A stretch of DNA of 64,000 bases from Desulfomonilia bacterium (GTDB taxonomy: Bacteria; Desulfobacterota; Desulfomonilia; UBA1062): the NCBI GenBank assembly GCA_963664325.2, contig CAXXDQ010000005.1, positions 128,001-192,000 of the forward strand, read 5' to 3'. A program made the position numbers and the translations under genes. The notes under the pieces were generated by a model. It was not told the DNA's origin, did not search any database, and saw only the letters and a program-made list of their open reading frames with translations. This document shows, in pieces, positions 41,145 to 53,903 of this stretch. How positions within the stretch are numbered: position 1 is the stretch's first letter; the number at the start of each line of letters is the position of its first letter.

Positions 41145-43466
41145 CTAAATATTGTCACCAACAAAAACAGTTTTTATCTTGGTTATCTCGGACGGCAGCA
41201 GTTTGTCTTCTCCGAATGTCTCTATAAGCAGTGCAGGCGATATCGTCCTTCCGCCGACAAAGCGTATTGTAAGCGCGGCCTCATCGTTCTGTCCAAGGTA
41301 ATCATTCACAACAAGTTCGGCCTCGCCTTTTCTGATCGCTGCACCTTCGCCGAGTTTGAGCCTTAAGGGCCGCATCAGCCTGAAGGTATAGGCGGCGACC
41401 TGTCTGAGCCTGCCCTTCATGCATGATTTGATGGCCATGCCTTCAGGCATATGGCCTGAGAGCGTTTCGGCCGCCTCCTCTGCCGGAAGGTCTTCTGCGA
41501 GGTCAAGCTGCATGTATTCGTCTTCCGATGCGATACCCAGGGATACCGGCGGAATGAGGGTAAGCCTCATGGCCGGGCTGAAGCCTTCGGAATACGAGGC
41601 CCTCAAACCCGAGCGCCTCACAGCCCGCTTGATCATCTCGATAAAGTCCCTGTTGCCGATCAGCGATAAAGCCCCCGTCTTTGAAAAGCCAATCACATAG
41701 GGATACCGGCCCTGCGTCAGTGGCGGGAAGAGGTCGATCTTTTCAGCAGGCCCCCTGATAATATTATTAATATCACCCTTGCAGGCGCCGCAATCGAGGC
41801 ACGCGTCTTCCCTGCAGTCAGGGCTCTGAACAGCGTTGTATGCGAGTTCCCTTTCGCGGATGAGGAAATCCCTGTTTATTCCCATATCCATGAATTCCCA
41901 GGGCTGGGCTTTATTTATATCTCTTTCCATCAGATACTCGCCGGGGTCCAGGCCCGCTCTTTCAAAGGCGCCGGTCCATGCCTTGAAATTGAATGTGTCC
42001 GACCAGCCGTCGAGGTAGGCCCCCAGCCTGAACGCGTTTTCCGTTACGCCGGCAAGCCTATCGTCTCCCCTTGAAAAAACGCCTTCCAGAACCGAGAACT
42101 CGGGATCGGTCCACTTGAGGCTGATTCTCCTGTCGCGGAGCTCCCTCTTGAAGTATCCGAGCATGTCATGAAGCCTTGCTGTTGCGATCTGGGCTTCCCA
42201 CTGGAAGGGCGTGAACGTCTTCGGGATGTAGGTGGACACGCTCACATTGACCCCGCCCCTGAATGCGTTGGCGATCTTTCTCGACAGCCTGACTATAGCC
42301 TCGACATCCGCATCCGTTTCGGTGGGCAGTCCTATCATGAAATAAAGCTTGATCAGCTTCCAGCCCTGCTTTCTTATGATCGAAATGCTTCGCAGGAGCT
42401 CGTCTTCGGTATTGCCCTTGTTTATCACGGCCCGCAGCCGCTCGGTCGCCGCCTCGACCGCCAGCGTGAAACCGGGCTTTTTGACGGATGAGATGATGCC
42501 GGCCATCCTTTCGGTCATGCCCTCGACCCTCATGGACGGCACGCCCAGGGAAATCTCGCGTGACGGGCAGTTGAGCGATTCCATTATATCGGCCAGGTAG
42601 CTCAGGTCGGTTATGGAAAGTGCGGTCATGGCCAGGTTGTCATAGCCGGTTGTTTTAAGCCCCTGCCTGAACGTGCTGATAACGGAATCGAAAGACCGCT
42701 CCCTGTAAGGCCTGTAAATCATTCCGGCCTGGCAGAAGCGGCATCCCCTGGTGCAACCCCTGGCAACCTCCACACCGAGCCTGTCGTGCACTATGCTTAT
42801 ATTGGGAACGATGATGTCTGCCGGGAACGGGTGCTTATCGAGGTCCGGCAGAATCCTGCGTACCGGCCTGGCGCCTGAGCCCGGCCTGTAGACGCCTGCA
42901 ATCCCTGACATGGCGCGGATCCGCTCGTCCCTGTCGTTCACAGCCAGGCATATCTGAGCCATTTCAGCCACCACCTCTTCGCCGTCACCGATGACGATCA
43001 GGTCGAAGAATGGCAGGTATGGCGAGGGGCTGGAAGTACAGGTCCCGCCTGCAATGATTACGGGGTCGGTCTTTTTCCGTTCTGCCGCATAAATGGGAAT
43101 GCCGGAAAGGCTGAGCATTCTGAGGACCGTCGTATACGACAGTTCGTGCATGAGCGAGAAACCCACGATGTCAAATTTTCCGAGCGGTCTTTTCTCCTCC
43201 AGCGAAAAAAGGGGTTCTCTATTCTTTTCCAGGAGCGAGGCCATATCGGGCCAGGGCGCGAACACGCGCTGGGCCCACACTCCCCTGATGGAATTAAGGA
43301 TATGGTACAGTATCTTCTGGCCCGAATGCGACATGCCGATTTCATAGGCGTCAGGAAAGGCCAGGGCGAAACGGACTTTGACTTCAGCTTCCGGTCTGCC
43401 GGCCTGGTTTACCTCGCCGCCCGTATAGCGGCCGGGTTTCAGAACCTTTTCGAGGCCTTTTATCAT
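41145..43466 (-). CDS. TIGR03960-type radical SAM protein fused to a TIGR03936-type radical-SAM-linked domain
   Basis: KPGRYTGGE, FPDAYEIGMS, RGCTRGCRFCQAG (CxxxCxxC), KLYFMIGLPTET; C-terminal YSEGFSP..R...LG..S.DE. Confidence 0.88.
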   Translation of the reverse strand: MIKGLEKVLKPGRYTGGEVNQAGRPEAEVKVRFALAFPDAYEIGMSHSGQKILYHILNSIRGVWAQRVFAPWPDMASLLEKNREPLFSLEEKRPLGKFDIVGFSLMHELSYTTVLRMLSLSGIPIYAAERKKTDPVIIAGGTCTSSPSPYLPFFDLIVIGDGEEVVAEMAQICLAVNDRDERIRAMSGIAGVYRPGSGARPVRRILPDLDKHPFPADIIVPNISIVHDRLGVEVARGCTRGCRFCQAGMIYRPYRERSFDSVISTFRQGLKTTGYDNLAMTALSITDLSYLADIMESLNCPSREISLGVPSMRVEGMTERMAGIISSVKKPGFTLAVEAATERLRAVINKGNTEDELLRSISIIRKQGWKLIKLYFMIGLPTETDADVEAIVRLSRKIANAFRGGVNVSVSTYIPKTFTPFQWEAQIATARLHDMLGYFKRELRDRRISLKWTDPEFSVLEGVFSRGDDRLAGVTENAFRLGAYLDGWSDTFNFKAWTGAFERAGLDPGEYLMERDINKAQPWEFMDMGINRDFLIRERELAYNAVQSPDCREDACLDCGACKGDINNIIRGPAEKIDLFPPLTQGRYPYVIGFSKTGALSLIGNRDFIEMIKRAVRRSGLRASYSEGFSPAMRLTLIPPVSLGIASEDEYMQLDLAEDLPAEEAAETLSGHMPEGMAIKSCMKGRLRQVAAYTFRLMRPLRLKLGEGAAIRKGEAELVVNDYLGQNDEAALTIRFVGGRTISPALLIETFGEDKLLPSEITKIKTVFVGDNI

Positions 43467-43564
43467 AAACCGTCCGAACCTCAGCCGAACGCCGGGACAG
43501 CAAGACAGCCCCGGGGATCAGGAAATTCAAGCTTCAAATCCCGTATCAACCTCGCTTTTACCAT
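43463..43564 (-). CDS. Candidate small selenopeptide MVKARLIRDLKLEFPDPRGCLAVPAFG(U)GSDGL
   Basis: GGAGGG/GAGGA RBS; in-frame TGA at 43483-43481; next stop overlaps the radical SAM ATG (ATGA). Confidence 0.5.
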
Positions 43565-43676
43565 ATGTCCTCGATTCCCTCCGGAAGTCTTACATGGTTA
43601 TCTCTGTCTGCTTATCATCCGCTTGACAAAGATGCACATGAAAACTGCTTATTATTCCACTTGACCGCTATTTTCC

Positions 43677-44978
43677 ATGATACTAAAAGCCGTGTTCATG
43701 TTTGACAGGTTCGTTCTTACACTGACAGAACTGTGCGGGGTCAAGCCTGGCAATGGCGTTCTCGCATGCTGTTCCGGCGGCATCGATTCCATGGTGCTCT
43801 TGAGATTGATGAAAAAGGCATCAGTGGAACTGGGGCTCGAGCTCCACGCCGTTACAGTCGATCACGGCCTCAGATGCGAAGCGCCGGGGGATGCTCAGTT
43901 CGTTCTCGATACTTGTGCCGCCCTCGGGGTCGAGGCGAGCCTTTATGAACTGAAGATGGATCCGGAAATCCCGAACCTGGAAGAAGAGGCGCGCATCAGA
44001 CGATATGAGGCCATCATGGATTGCAGGCAAAAGCTGGGCCTTGAATTCGCCGCAACCGGCCACACGGCTGACGATCAGGCCGAAACCCTTATCTACAGGC
44101 TTGTCCGCGGCACGGGCATGAGGGGCATGTCGGGTATGGATTATGCCAGGCCCGACGGTCTTATCAGGCCTATGCTGGACATAACAAGGGCCGAGGTCGA
44201 AGCTTACGCGGATGCGAACGGTGTCAAGTTCGTGACCGACCAGACGAACAGTGACCTTACTCTGGTAAGAAACCTTATACGAAAAAGGATTCTCCCGCTC
44301 ATGAGGGAGATCAACCCGCTTGCGGAAACAGCTATATCGAGGTTTGCATCTATTGCGGCTCTTGAGAATGCATATATCGCAGACGAGGCGGACAGGCTTA
44401 TCGATAGTGCGCTCCTTCACGACTGGAACGTGTGCCGGGTTTATGATGCGGGGAAGCTCAAAGATGCGCCGGAAGCCCTCCTGCACCGTATTATCATAAA
44501 ACTCTCGGCTGACATGCTGGGAGACCCGCGCGGAATACCGGCAACGGACGTGGAGCAGGCTTCTCTGGTAATCAGGGGAAAAAGCAGGGCGCACACGATA
44601 ATGCGCAAGGTTTGCATTAAAGGTGATGGAAGATATCTGTCATTTGAGAAATATCCGTCCGGGCGGTTGCTGTCTTTTGCGGACAGATCTGATGAGCCGC
44701 AGACTGCTGTTCATCAGGATGGCATCTATTCAATTCATCCCATAGAAAAACAGATGCAGATCAAAGGCATTACTGACGGCCGGAATGCTGCCATCAGGTT
44801 TTATCTGCCGGGCGACAGGATTCAGGATAAAAAGGTGACCGCAGTTTTCCAGGCAAAGCGGGTCCCCATTCAGCTTAGAAAATACTGGCCTGTCATTATG
44901 CTCGATCACGAGATTGTTTCAATCGCCGGACTGCTGGACAACAGCGATATAAAGACGATATTCCCCTATGAAGATTGA
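43677..44978 (+). CDS. tilS: tRNA(Ile)-lysidine synthetase
   Basis: SGGIDS PP-loop, VDHGLR, EEEAR..RY, GHTADDQAET, RN.IR. Confidence 0.92.
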   Translation: MILKAVFMFDRFVLTLTELCGVKPGNGVLACCSGGIDSMVLLRLMKKASVELGLELHAVTVDHGLRCEAPGDAQFVLDTCAALGVEASLYELKMDPEIPNLEEEARIRRYEAIMDCRQKLGLEFAATGHTADDQAETLIYRLVRGTGMRGMSGMDYARPDGLIRPMLDITRAEVEAYADANGVKFVTDQTNSDLTLVRNLIRKRILPLMREINPLAETAISRFASIAALENAYIADEADRLIDSALLHDWNVCRVYDAGKLKDAPEALLHRIIIKLSADMLGDPRGIPATDVEQASLVIRGKSRAHTIMRKVCIKGDGRYLSFEKYPSGRLLSFADRSDEPQTAVHQDGIYSIHPIEKQMQIKGITDGRNAAIRFYLPGDRIQDKKVTAVFQAKRVPIQLRKYWPVIMLDHEIVSIAGLLDNSDIKTIFPYED

Positions 44979-45108
44979 GAATATGTTTTTAATTCCGCTC
45001 TGCATTCAGGATGATGTCTCTTCGCCTTCGGCTCGAGGAGCGAAACATGAAGTTCGAGACTTCATTTTCGAGGAGCATTCCGACGCGGCCGACAAAGGGA
45101 GCGCTTGA

Positions 45109-48100
45109 ATGCAGAGTGGAATTGCAGGAATGTCCATAGGTGCTTACCCCCCTTCGCTCCAGGCCATGCTCGTTGCCGAGGCGTTTCTCGCCGGCAGGAA
45201 AAACATATTATGGCTCGTTGAAAACGACGAAGACATGTACAGGGTTAAGGCCGACCTTCTTTGCTTTATCCCTGAAAATAAGGTCCTGTGCTTTTTGTCT
45301 CCCGATGTCAGGCCCTATCAGGGGGACAGCCCTTCGAAAGAAGTCATCGCCGCAAGGATAGAGGTCCTGGTAAGGCTCATCGACAACGGGTCTTATATCG
45401 TCATTGCGCCTTTCGATGCCGTTCTTCCCTACACGGTTCCCAAGCAGGTCCTGAAAGATGCCGTTACGGTAATGAATCTCAGGGCCGACCTGAACAGGGA
45501 GGAATTCTCCCGCAGTCTCGTCCGCATGGGCTATACCAGGGAGCCGCTGGTTGACGACGTGGGCCAGTTCAGCATCAGGGGTTTCGTGATGGACATATTC
45601 TCTCCGGGCATGAACGAGCCGGTAAGGCTGGACATGTTCGGGGACATGATAGAGGAGATAAAGGTTTTCAGCCTGTCGAGCCAGCGTTCAAGGAAATCCG
45701 AGAAGGCGAGGGGTCTCGCTTCATGCACCATCATGCCCGTCTCGGAAGTGCTTCTGACGGATGAAAACATAAAGACGGCCAGGCCTAAATTGAGGCGCTT
45801 CAAGGACGAGACGGCCTCGGCCCTTATCGAAGACATTGAACAGGGCATCATGGCGCCGGGCATCGAGGCCTACCTCCCCATGTTCTATGAGGAGAAAGCC
45901 ACCATATTCGATTACATGGGGACGGATTATATCACCGTCGGCCCTGATGAAGCGGGATTGCAGGGCGCGTGGGAAGGCTTTTATTCAAAATATATCAGGG
46001 CCTATGAAAAGGCCTCAGAGTCGGCGTTCCTGCTTCATCCCGGTGAGCTGATCATTTCGGAAAAGGCCTTTGCGGGATACGCTTCGCCGGGGGGCGGGCA
46101 TATCCCGACATCCATAACGGGCGGATCTTCAGGGCTCAACTGGCATGACTTCAGGACCGGTGGCGCCCCTGAAAAAGCCCCGGAACGCCTGGCCGAGCTC
46201 GCCGCCCAGGGCTACACCGTGTTTCTTACCGCAGGTTCAGCCATGCTTATTGAACGCATCGAATATGCGCTCAAGTCCCATGGCGCGGAACCCAGGCGCT
46301 TTGACGGTACCTTCTTCAGCCTGCGCCCGAGGCCCGGGATATTCATCAGCGAGAACCACCTGTCCACGGGTTTCGTGCTGCCCGAAAAATGGCTGGCCCT
46401 CATCCCGGCCGAAGAGGCCTTCGGCGTAAAGAGGCAGAAGAAGCCTGCAAAACGTCAGGCCATAGTCAACCCGTTCACCCAGCTCGAGGTGGGTGACGCA
46501 GTGGTGCACCGCGACAACGGCATCGGCATTTTCAAGGGCGTCGAAAGGCTCACCCTTGACGGCATAACCTCTGATTTCGTCGTGCTGGAATATATAGGAG
46601 GCGACAAGCTCTACCTGCCCGTGTACCGGCTTGCAATGATTCAGCGCTATGTGGGGGACGCCGACGCGCTTACCATCGACAGGCTCGGCGGCACGCGCTG
46701 GTCGAAGGTGACGGAAAAAGCCCGGGAATCGGCCAGGAAGCTGGCTGCGGAGCTGCTCAAGGTATATGCGAAACGCGAAAGCTCAAAGGGCTTTTCATAT
46801 GATGTCAGCTCCTCCCAGGTGCGCGAATTCGAGGACGATTTCCCCTATGACGAGACGGACGACCAGCAGAAGGCCATAGAGGACGTCTTTGCGGATATGG
46901 CCTCATCAAGGCCCATGGACAGGCTTGTATGCGGCGATGTCGGCTACGGCAAGACCGAGGTGGCCATGAGGGCGGCCTTCATCGCGGCCCTGTCCGGAAA
47001 GCAGACCGCAATACTGGTACCGACGACGCTGCTCGTCCGCCAGCACCTTAATAATTTCCGTGAGCGCTTCGAGCGCTGGCCCTTCAGGATCGAGGCGCTT
47101 TCGGGATTTGCAACCTCTCAGCAGAACGAGAGCGTTATCAAGGCTATCGAAACCGGTGCCGCCGACATACTGATCGGCACCCATGCGCTGCTTTCCGAAA
47201 ATATCAGGTACAGGGACCTGGGCCTTCTTGTCGTCGACGAGGAGCACCGCTTCGGGGTCAAGGACAAGGAAAAGATAAAATCAAGGCGCGCCGAACTCGA
47301 TATCCTGACGCTCACGGCAACCCCCATCCCGCGCACGCTAAACCTCTCGCTCTCGGGTATCAGGGACCTGTCCATAATCGAAACGCCCCCGGCCGAGCGC
47401 AAGTCCATAGATACTGTGATTTCACGCTTTGACGACGAGGCCATCGTGAACGCCATCGAGCGGGAAACGGCCCGGGGCGGCCAGGTGTTTTTCGTGCACA
47501 ACATAGTGGCCAACATCGACTACATGGCGGACTATATCAGACGCATATGCCCTTCCGCGCGAATAGGAGTGGCCCACGGCCAGATGCCCAAAAGGGAGCT
47601 CGAGAAGGTCATGGAGCAGTTCCTGGACCGCCGGATCAATGTCCTGGTCTCGTCCTCGATCATCGGCAGCGGCATAGATATAGGCAATGCGAACACCATC
47701 ATCATAAACCGCGCCGACAGGTTCGGCATGGCCGATCTCTACCAGTTGAGGGGCCGCGTCGGCCGTTCGAAGCTCAAGGGCCACGCAATGCTGCTCATAC
47801 CCGAGACGGGCAGGATTTCAAAGGACGCCCGCAAGAGACTTTCCGCCATCAAAGAATACGAATCGCTCGGCGCGGGCTTCCAGATGGCGATGCGGGACAT
47901 GGAGATCAGGGGCGTCGGTGACATTCTCGGCCATAACCAGTGGGGTCATGTCACCGCCATAGGTTTCGAGCTTTACCAGGAGATGCTGACCGAAGCCGTC
48001 TCGCTCCTGCAGGGCAAGACCGTTGCGGCCGAGCTCGACCCCGAGATAAAGCTGGGTATCGACGCCTATATACCTGATGATTACTGTCCCGAGGAGCACC

Positions 48101-48459
48101 TGAGGCTTGGGCTTTATAAAAAGCTGGCCACGTCTTTGCCCGAAGACATTCCGGGGGTCATGGACGAGCTCATAGACATGTACGGGCCGGTCCCGGGGCC
48201 CGTCAGGGCGCTACTTTTCATAGCCGAAACCAGGGGCATGATGAAGCGCCTGAGGATCAGAAAACTCGAGCTCTCGGAGAACTTTTTGAGGCTGTACTTT
48301 AGTCCCGATACTGTGGTAAACATCCAGGACCTGATAGATCTAGTCACTGAAAAACAGGGCAAGCTGACAAAAGAAGGCATGGCCGGAATAACAATTAAGG
48401 ACATACGGGAGATTCATGAAATACTCGGAAGGCTCATTCAAAAAACTGCTGCTGCTTAG
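45109..48459 (+). CDS. mfd: Transcription-repair coupling factor
   Basis: UvrB-homology module, CarD/RID domain, CGDVGYGKTEV, DEEHRFG, QLRGRVGRS, TRCF C-terminal domain. Confidence 0.96.
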   Translation: MQSGIAGMSIGAYPPSLQAMLVAEAFLAGRKNILWLVENDEDMYRVKADLLCFIPENKVLCFLSPDVRPYQGDSPSKEVIAARIEVLVRLIDNGSYIVIAPFDAVLPYTVPKQVLKDAVTVMNLRADLNREEFSRSLVRMGYTREPLVDDVGQFSIRGFVMDIFSPGMNEPVRLDMFGDMIEEIKVFSLSSQRSRKSEKARGLASCTIMPVSEVLLTDENIKTARPKLRRFKDETASALIEDIEQGIMAPGIEAYLPMFYEEKATIFDYMGTDYITVGPDEAGLQGAWEGFYSKYIRAYEKASESAFLLHPGELIISEKAFAGYASPGGGHIPTSITGGSSGLNWHDFRTGGAPEKAPERLAELAAQGYTVFLTAGSAMLIERIEYALKSHGAEPRRFDGTFFSLRPRPGIFISENHLSTGFVLPEKWLALIPAEEAFGVKRQKKPAKRQAIVNPFTQLEVGDAVVHRDNGIGIFKGVERLTLDGITSDFVVLEYIGGDKLYLPVYRLAMIQRYVGDADALTIDRLGGTRWSKVTEKARESARKLAAELLKVYAKRESSKGFSYDVSSSQVREFEDDFPYDETDDQQKAIEDVFADMASSRPMDRLVCGDVGYGKTEVAMRAAFIAALSGKQTAILVPTTLLVRQHLNNFRERFERWPFRIEALSGFATSQQNESVIKAIETGAADILIGTHALLSENIRYRDLGLLVVDEEHRFGVKDKEKIKSRRAELDILTLTATPIPRTLNLSLSGIRDLSIIETPPAERKSIDTVISRFDDEAIVNAIERETARGGQVFFVHNIVANIDYMADYIRRICPSARIGVAHGQMPKRELEKVMEQFLDRRINVLVSSSIIGSGIDIGNANTIIINRADRFGMADLYQLRGRVGRSKLKGHAMLLIPETGRISKDARKRLSAIKEYESLGAGFQMAMRDMEIRGVGDILGHNQWGHVTAIGFELYQEMLTEAVSLLQGKTVAAELDPEIKLGIDAYIPDDYCPEEHLRLGLYKKLATSLPEDIPGVMDELIDMYGPVPGPVRALLFIAETRGMMKRLRIRKLELSENFLRLYFSPDTVVNIQDLIDLVTEKQGKLTKEGMAGITIKDIREIHEILGRLIQKTAAA

Positions 48460-49276
48460 CCTGGCAGTCCTGGCCTGTATCGTTTTTCTGCGTCCCGCTG
48501 CAACCCGGGCAGACACCATCGACGGGATTGTCGCCGTGGTCGACAAGCAGCTTATCATGCGCTCCGACCTGAACAGGAGGCTGCTGCTTGTGGGCATCAG
48601 TCCCAACAACGAAACCAGGTCGCGCCAGATACTTGAACTGATGGTGGAAGAAGTCGTTATCCAGAAGACCTATGAAAAATACGGACAGCCCCCAGTAAGC
48701 GAGAAACAGGCCAAGGAAATTGCAGAGGCGAACAAGATCAGCGAAGCGACCGCCAGGATCATGATAATGAGAAAATCCCTGATGGACACCATGGTCTCCT
48801 CCCGCGTCGTTGTCACGCCCCAGATGATAAAGGATGAGTTCAAGAACAACCCGGAGTATTCGGGAAAGCCCTCCCTCGAGCTCAAGCAGATCGCCGTAAA
48901 GAACGACAGGGAAAAGGCGGACAAGGCCGCCGCAGAAATAAAGGCGGGCAAAGCTTTCGATGAAGTCGCCCTAGAATATTCCGATATACTGACGGACGGG
49001 AAATGCAACCTGGGATGGATGCCTCTGGACGCCCTGGACTCGGCGGCGGCGAAGGCGCTTGAAAATGCAAAAAAGGGAGACGTTTCCGCCCCCCTCAAAA
49101 TTGACGACTACTGGTGCATTTTCATGGTGACGGGCCGGGATGTGGTAGGGGCCCGGAATTTCGAGGAGGCCAAAGACCAGATCGCCGCAAGCCTCATGGA
49201 AAAGGCCCGGGAAGATGCATTCGAGCACTGGCTGAAACAGATAATGAGTGAGTATTTTATCGGGATTTACATGTAA
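48416..49276 (+). CDS. SurA/PrsA-like parvulin peptidyl-prolyl isomerase
   Basis: Signal peptide, IDGIVAVVD, FDEVA.EYS, GNLGW-like rotamase motif; follows mfd. Confidence 0.8.
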   Translation: MKYSEGSFKKLLLLSLAVLACIVFLRPAATRADTIDGIVAVVDKQLIMRSDLNRRLLLVGISPNNETRSRQILELMVEEVVIQKTYEKYGQPPVSEKQAKEIAEANKISEATARIMIMRKSLMDTMVSSRVVVTPQMIKDEFKNNPEYSGKPSLELKQIAVKNDREKADKAAAEIKAGKAFDEVALEYSDILTDGKCNLGWMPLDALDSAAAKALENAKKGDVSAPLKIDDYWCIFMVTGRDVVGARNFEEAKDQIAASLMEKAREDAFEHWLKQIMSEYFIGIYM

Positions 49277-49349
49277 CCAGCTGAAACCGACAGACTCAGC
49301 TATCTGCTTTTTTAATGATTTTCAGTGCAGACAGTTATGAGATATCATT

Positions 49350-49496
49350 GGAGACAGGATACAGGAGACAGTAGAAAACATGAAAAGACAACCCTTTACA
49401 AACAACAGGCCCAAAATTGTTGGAAAGGGTCTGACTTCTAAAATTCAAAGATATGAAGACTTTCTGATTTTATTCTGTCTCCTGAATACTATCTCC
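49350..49496. repeat. MITE-like element with 22-bp imperfect terminal inverted repeats
   Basis: GGAGACAGGATACAGGAGACAG ... CTGTCTCCTGAATACTATCTCC (3 mismatches). Confidence 0.5.
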
Positions 49497-49513
49497 TTTT
49501 CACTTATTTTCAG

Positions 49514-52276
<2,763 letters not shown>

Positions 52277-52344
52277 TTCCGTTTTGCATTCAAGACAATT
52301 ACGCTAGAGCCTGAATGAAAAGCAAAATCTCCCCATCTCCCACC

Positions 52345-52458
52345 CCTCTTCCCCTTAGGTGAAGAGGGCCATCCTTTCGAATAAATCCGCACATGGCGTG
52401 CGGGTTTATTCGAACATGCCATTTCCATGTTCCCAAGCAAAACTTGGGAACATGGAAA
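52345..52458. repeat. Cluster of three strong hairpins (REP-like/terminator) after uvrA
   Basis: CCCTCTTC..GAAGAGGG; TCGAATAAATCCGCAC..GTGCGGGTTTATTCGA; TTTCCATGTTCCCAAG..CTTGGGAACATGGAAA. Confidence 0.65.
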
Positions 52459-52702
52459 GTGAAAGCCGCGCTTGATGCTTGCCGGCGTTGTGAAATGTAT
52501 GTATATTACAGCCTAATTGATGGTTTTGCATTATTGTATTGGAGCGGAATGATATTTATATGGTCAACTTTTTAGGGCAAAGGGAGAATGTTTGTATTTT
52601 GTTATGAGAATATTAAGGCTTTCTTTCAAAAACTACTACTCAGTAAAACAAAACATCGCATTAGGTATAATTATAACTTAGCTTGTTCCTTGGGGATAAA
52701 CA

Positions 52703-53062
52703 ATGTCAGATGTCATTTCAAAAGTCTGTTTGATGCCAAGAGATTTTAAAGTCAGTGGGAATAGGAGCATGATTCAACTCCTCAAAGAATCTGGTTATTT
52801 GGGGTGCAAGAATGGTGTAGAAAAAGATGTGGTTATTAAGTTTCTAGAAAATCATCCTGATTTAATTAAAGAATGGCTAATTTATTCACTTGATAAGCGT
52901 ACTTCGATAGGATGGTATCTCTTGTGTGAAGATTCTGTATGGACTGTTGGGTACTTAAATCATGGTGGGAGAGAAAAAGAGCATAAGTTTATTTCTGGCT
53001 TTGAAGCTTGTGCTATTTTCATAATCAATGAAATTAAGCAGCTTGCTAAAAACGCAATATAA
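52703..53062 (+). CDS. Hypothetical protein (AT-rich, cassette-like)
   Basis: 119-aa ORF with GGGG RBS, visibly lower GC than flanks. Confidence 0.65.
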   Translation: MSDVISKVCLMPRDFKVSGNRSMIQLLKESGYLGCKNGVEKDVVIKFLENHPDLIKEWLIYSLDKRTSIGWYLLCEDSVWTVGYLNHGGREKEHKFISGFEACAIFIINEIKQLAKNAI

Positions 53063-53085
53063 CCAGTGCAACCAGAACATTTTAG

Positions 53086-53146
53086 GGGATGCTGATGAAA
53101 TAATGAGAAAGCTGTTTCTTCAAAATTTTATTATCATCAACGTCCC
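53086..53146. repeat. GGGACGYTGATGA palindromic repeat, copy 1
   Basis: GGGATGCTGATGAAATAAT ... ATTATCATCAACGTCCC. Confidence 0.75.
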
Positions 53147-53276
53147 ACAAGTGGTCTGACTTAGTATACTGTTGTATAGCTTCAGGGTACACGCTATAAA
53201 AAAGAGTTTCAATATTTTTATCTTTATTACCGAACAGTGCATCATGATGATTTCAATAAAAAGGGAGGGGGAAAAC

Positions 53277-53717
53277 ATGAAGATAAAAATTACTTGTCTC
53301 ACACTGGCTGCACTATTCTTCATCCTGTCTTCGTCAGCGGTATTGGCAGAGGAGAAGTTTCCCAATCTTGTCGGCAAATGGACAGGCCAGACTAGGATAG
53401 GACATTCACTGGCCAATGGCTTCGGCAGCGAGCATGGAGGTTTGACGATAGACATTGCGAAACAGGAGGGAAGGCTCTTTACCGGAAACAAGATAATAAA
53501 ACATTTTGACATAAAGAAAAAGAACGTGACAACAAAGGAGCCTATCTCAGGAGTTATTACAACAGACGGTAAAACGCTTTACATAGCCGACAGGGATTTC
53601 GGTGTGACGATCGGCAACATAATATCAGAGGACAACATCGAATTCTATTACATTCAGAGCGGCAAGAAGGAAGGCCAGTTCGTCTCGTACTACAATTTCA
53701 AAAAAATAAAGCAATGA
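53277..53717 (+). CDS. Secreted hypothetical protein
   Basis: GGGAGG RBS, Sec signal ending AVLA, FPNLVGKWTG beta-rich domain. Confidence 0.7.
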   Translation: MKIKITCLTLAALFFILSSSAVLAEEKFPNLVGKWTGQTRIGHSLANGFGSEHGGLTIDIAKQEGRLFTGNKIIKHFDIKKKNVTTKEPISGVITTDGKTLYIADRDFGVTIGNIISEDNIEFYYIQSGKKEGQFVSYYNFKKIKQ

Positions 53718-53743
53718 AGTTTAAATGAGCTTAAAGCATTTTT

Positions 53744-53804
53744 GGTGATGTTGATGAAATTATGAGTAAAATGTTTTTTTAATTCATATAATCATCAACG
53801 TCCC
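53744..53804. repeat. GGGACGYTGATGA palindromic repeat, copy 2
   Basis: GGTGATGTTGATGAAATTAT ... ATAATCATCAACGTCCC; followed by a 13-bp tandem duplication ACGTCCCGCTCAG. Confidence 0.75.
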
Positions 53805-53831
53805 GCTCAGACGTCCCGCTCAGAACTCAGT

Positions 53832-53892
53832 GGTGTCAGACCGTTTAAGCTTGACAATATGAGCATAAGTCAAAGATAAAGGCCTGACTCCC
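53832..53892. repeat. GGxGTCAG...CTGACxCC palindrome (second REP-like family)
   Basis: GGTGTCAGACC..TTGAC..GTCAA..GGCCTGACTCC; half sites GGTCTGACTT also near 53153 and 49428. Confidence 0.55.
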
Positions 53893-53903
53893 GTTGTTAT
53901 TGT

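Noticed and set aside
41145-43466. This radical SAM as maturase for the Cys-rich peptides at 54-58 kb
   Set aside because: Widespread housekeeping-type family with no SPASM or RRE domain visible, over 10 kb away in core context
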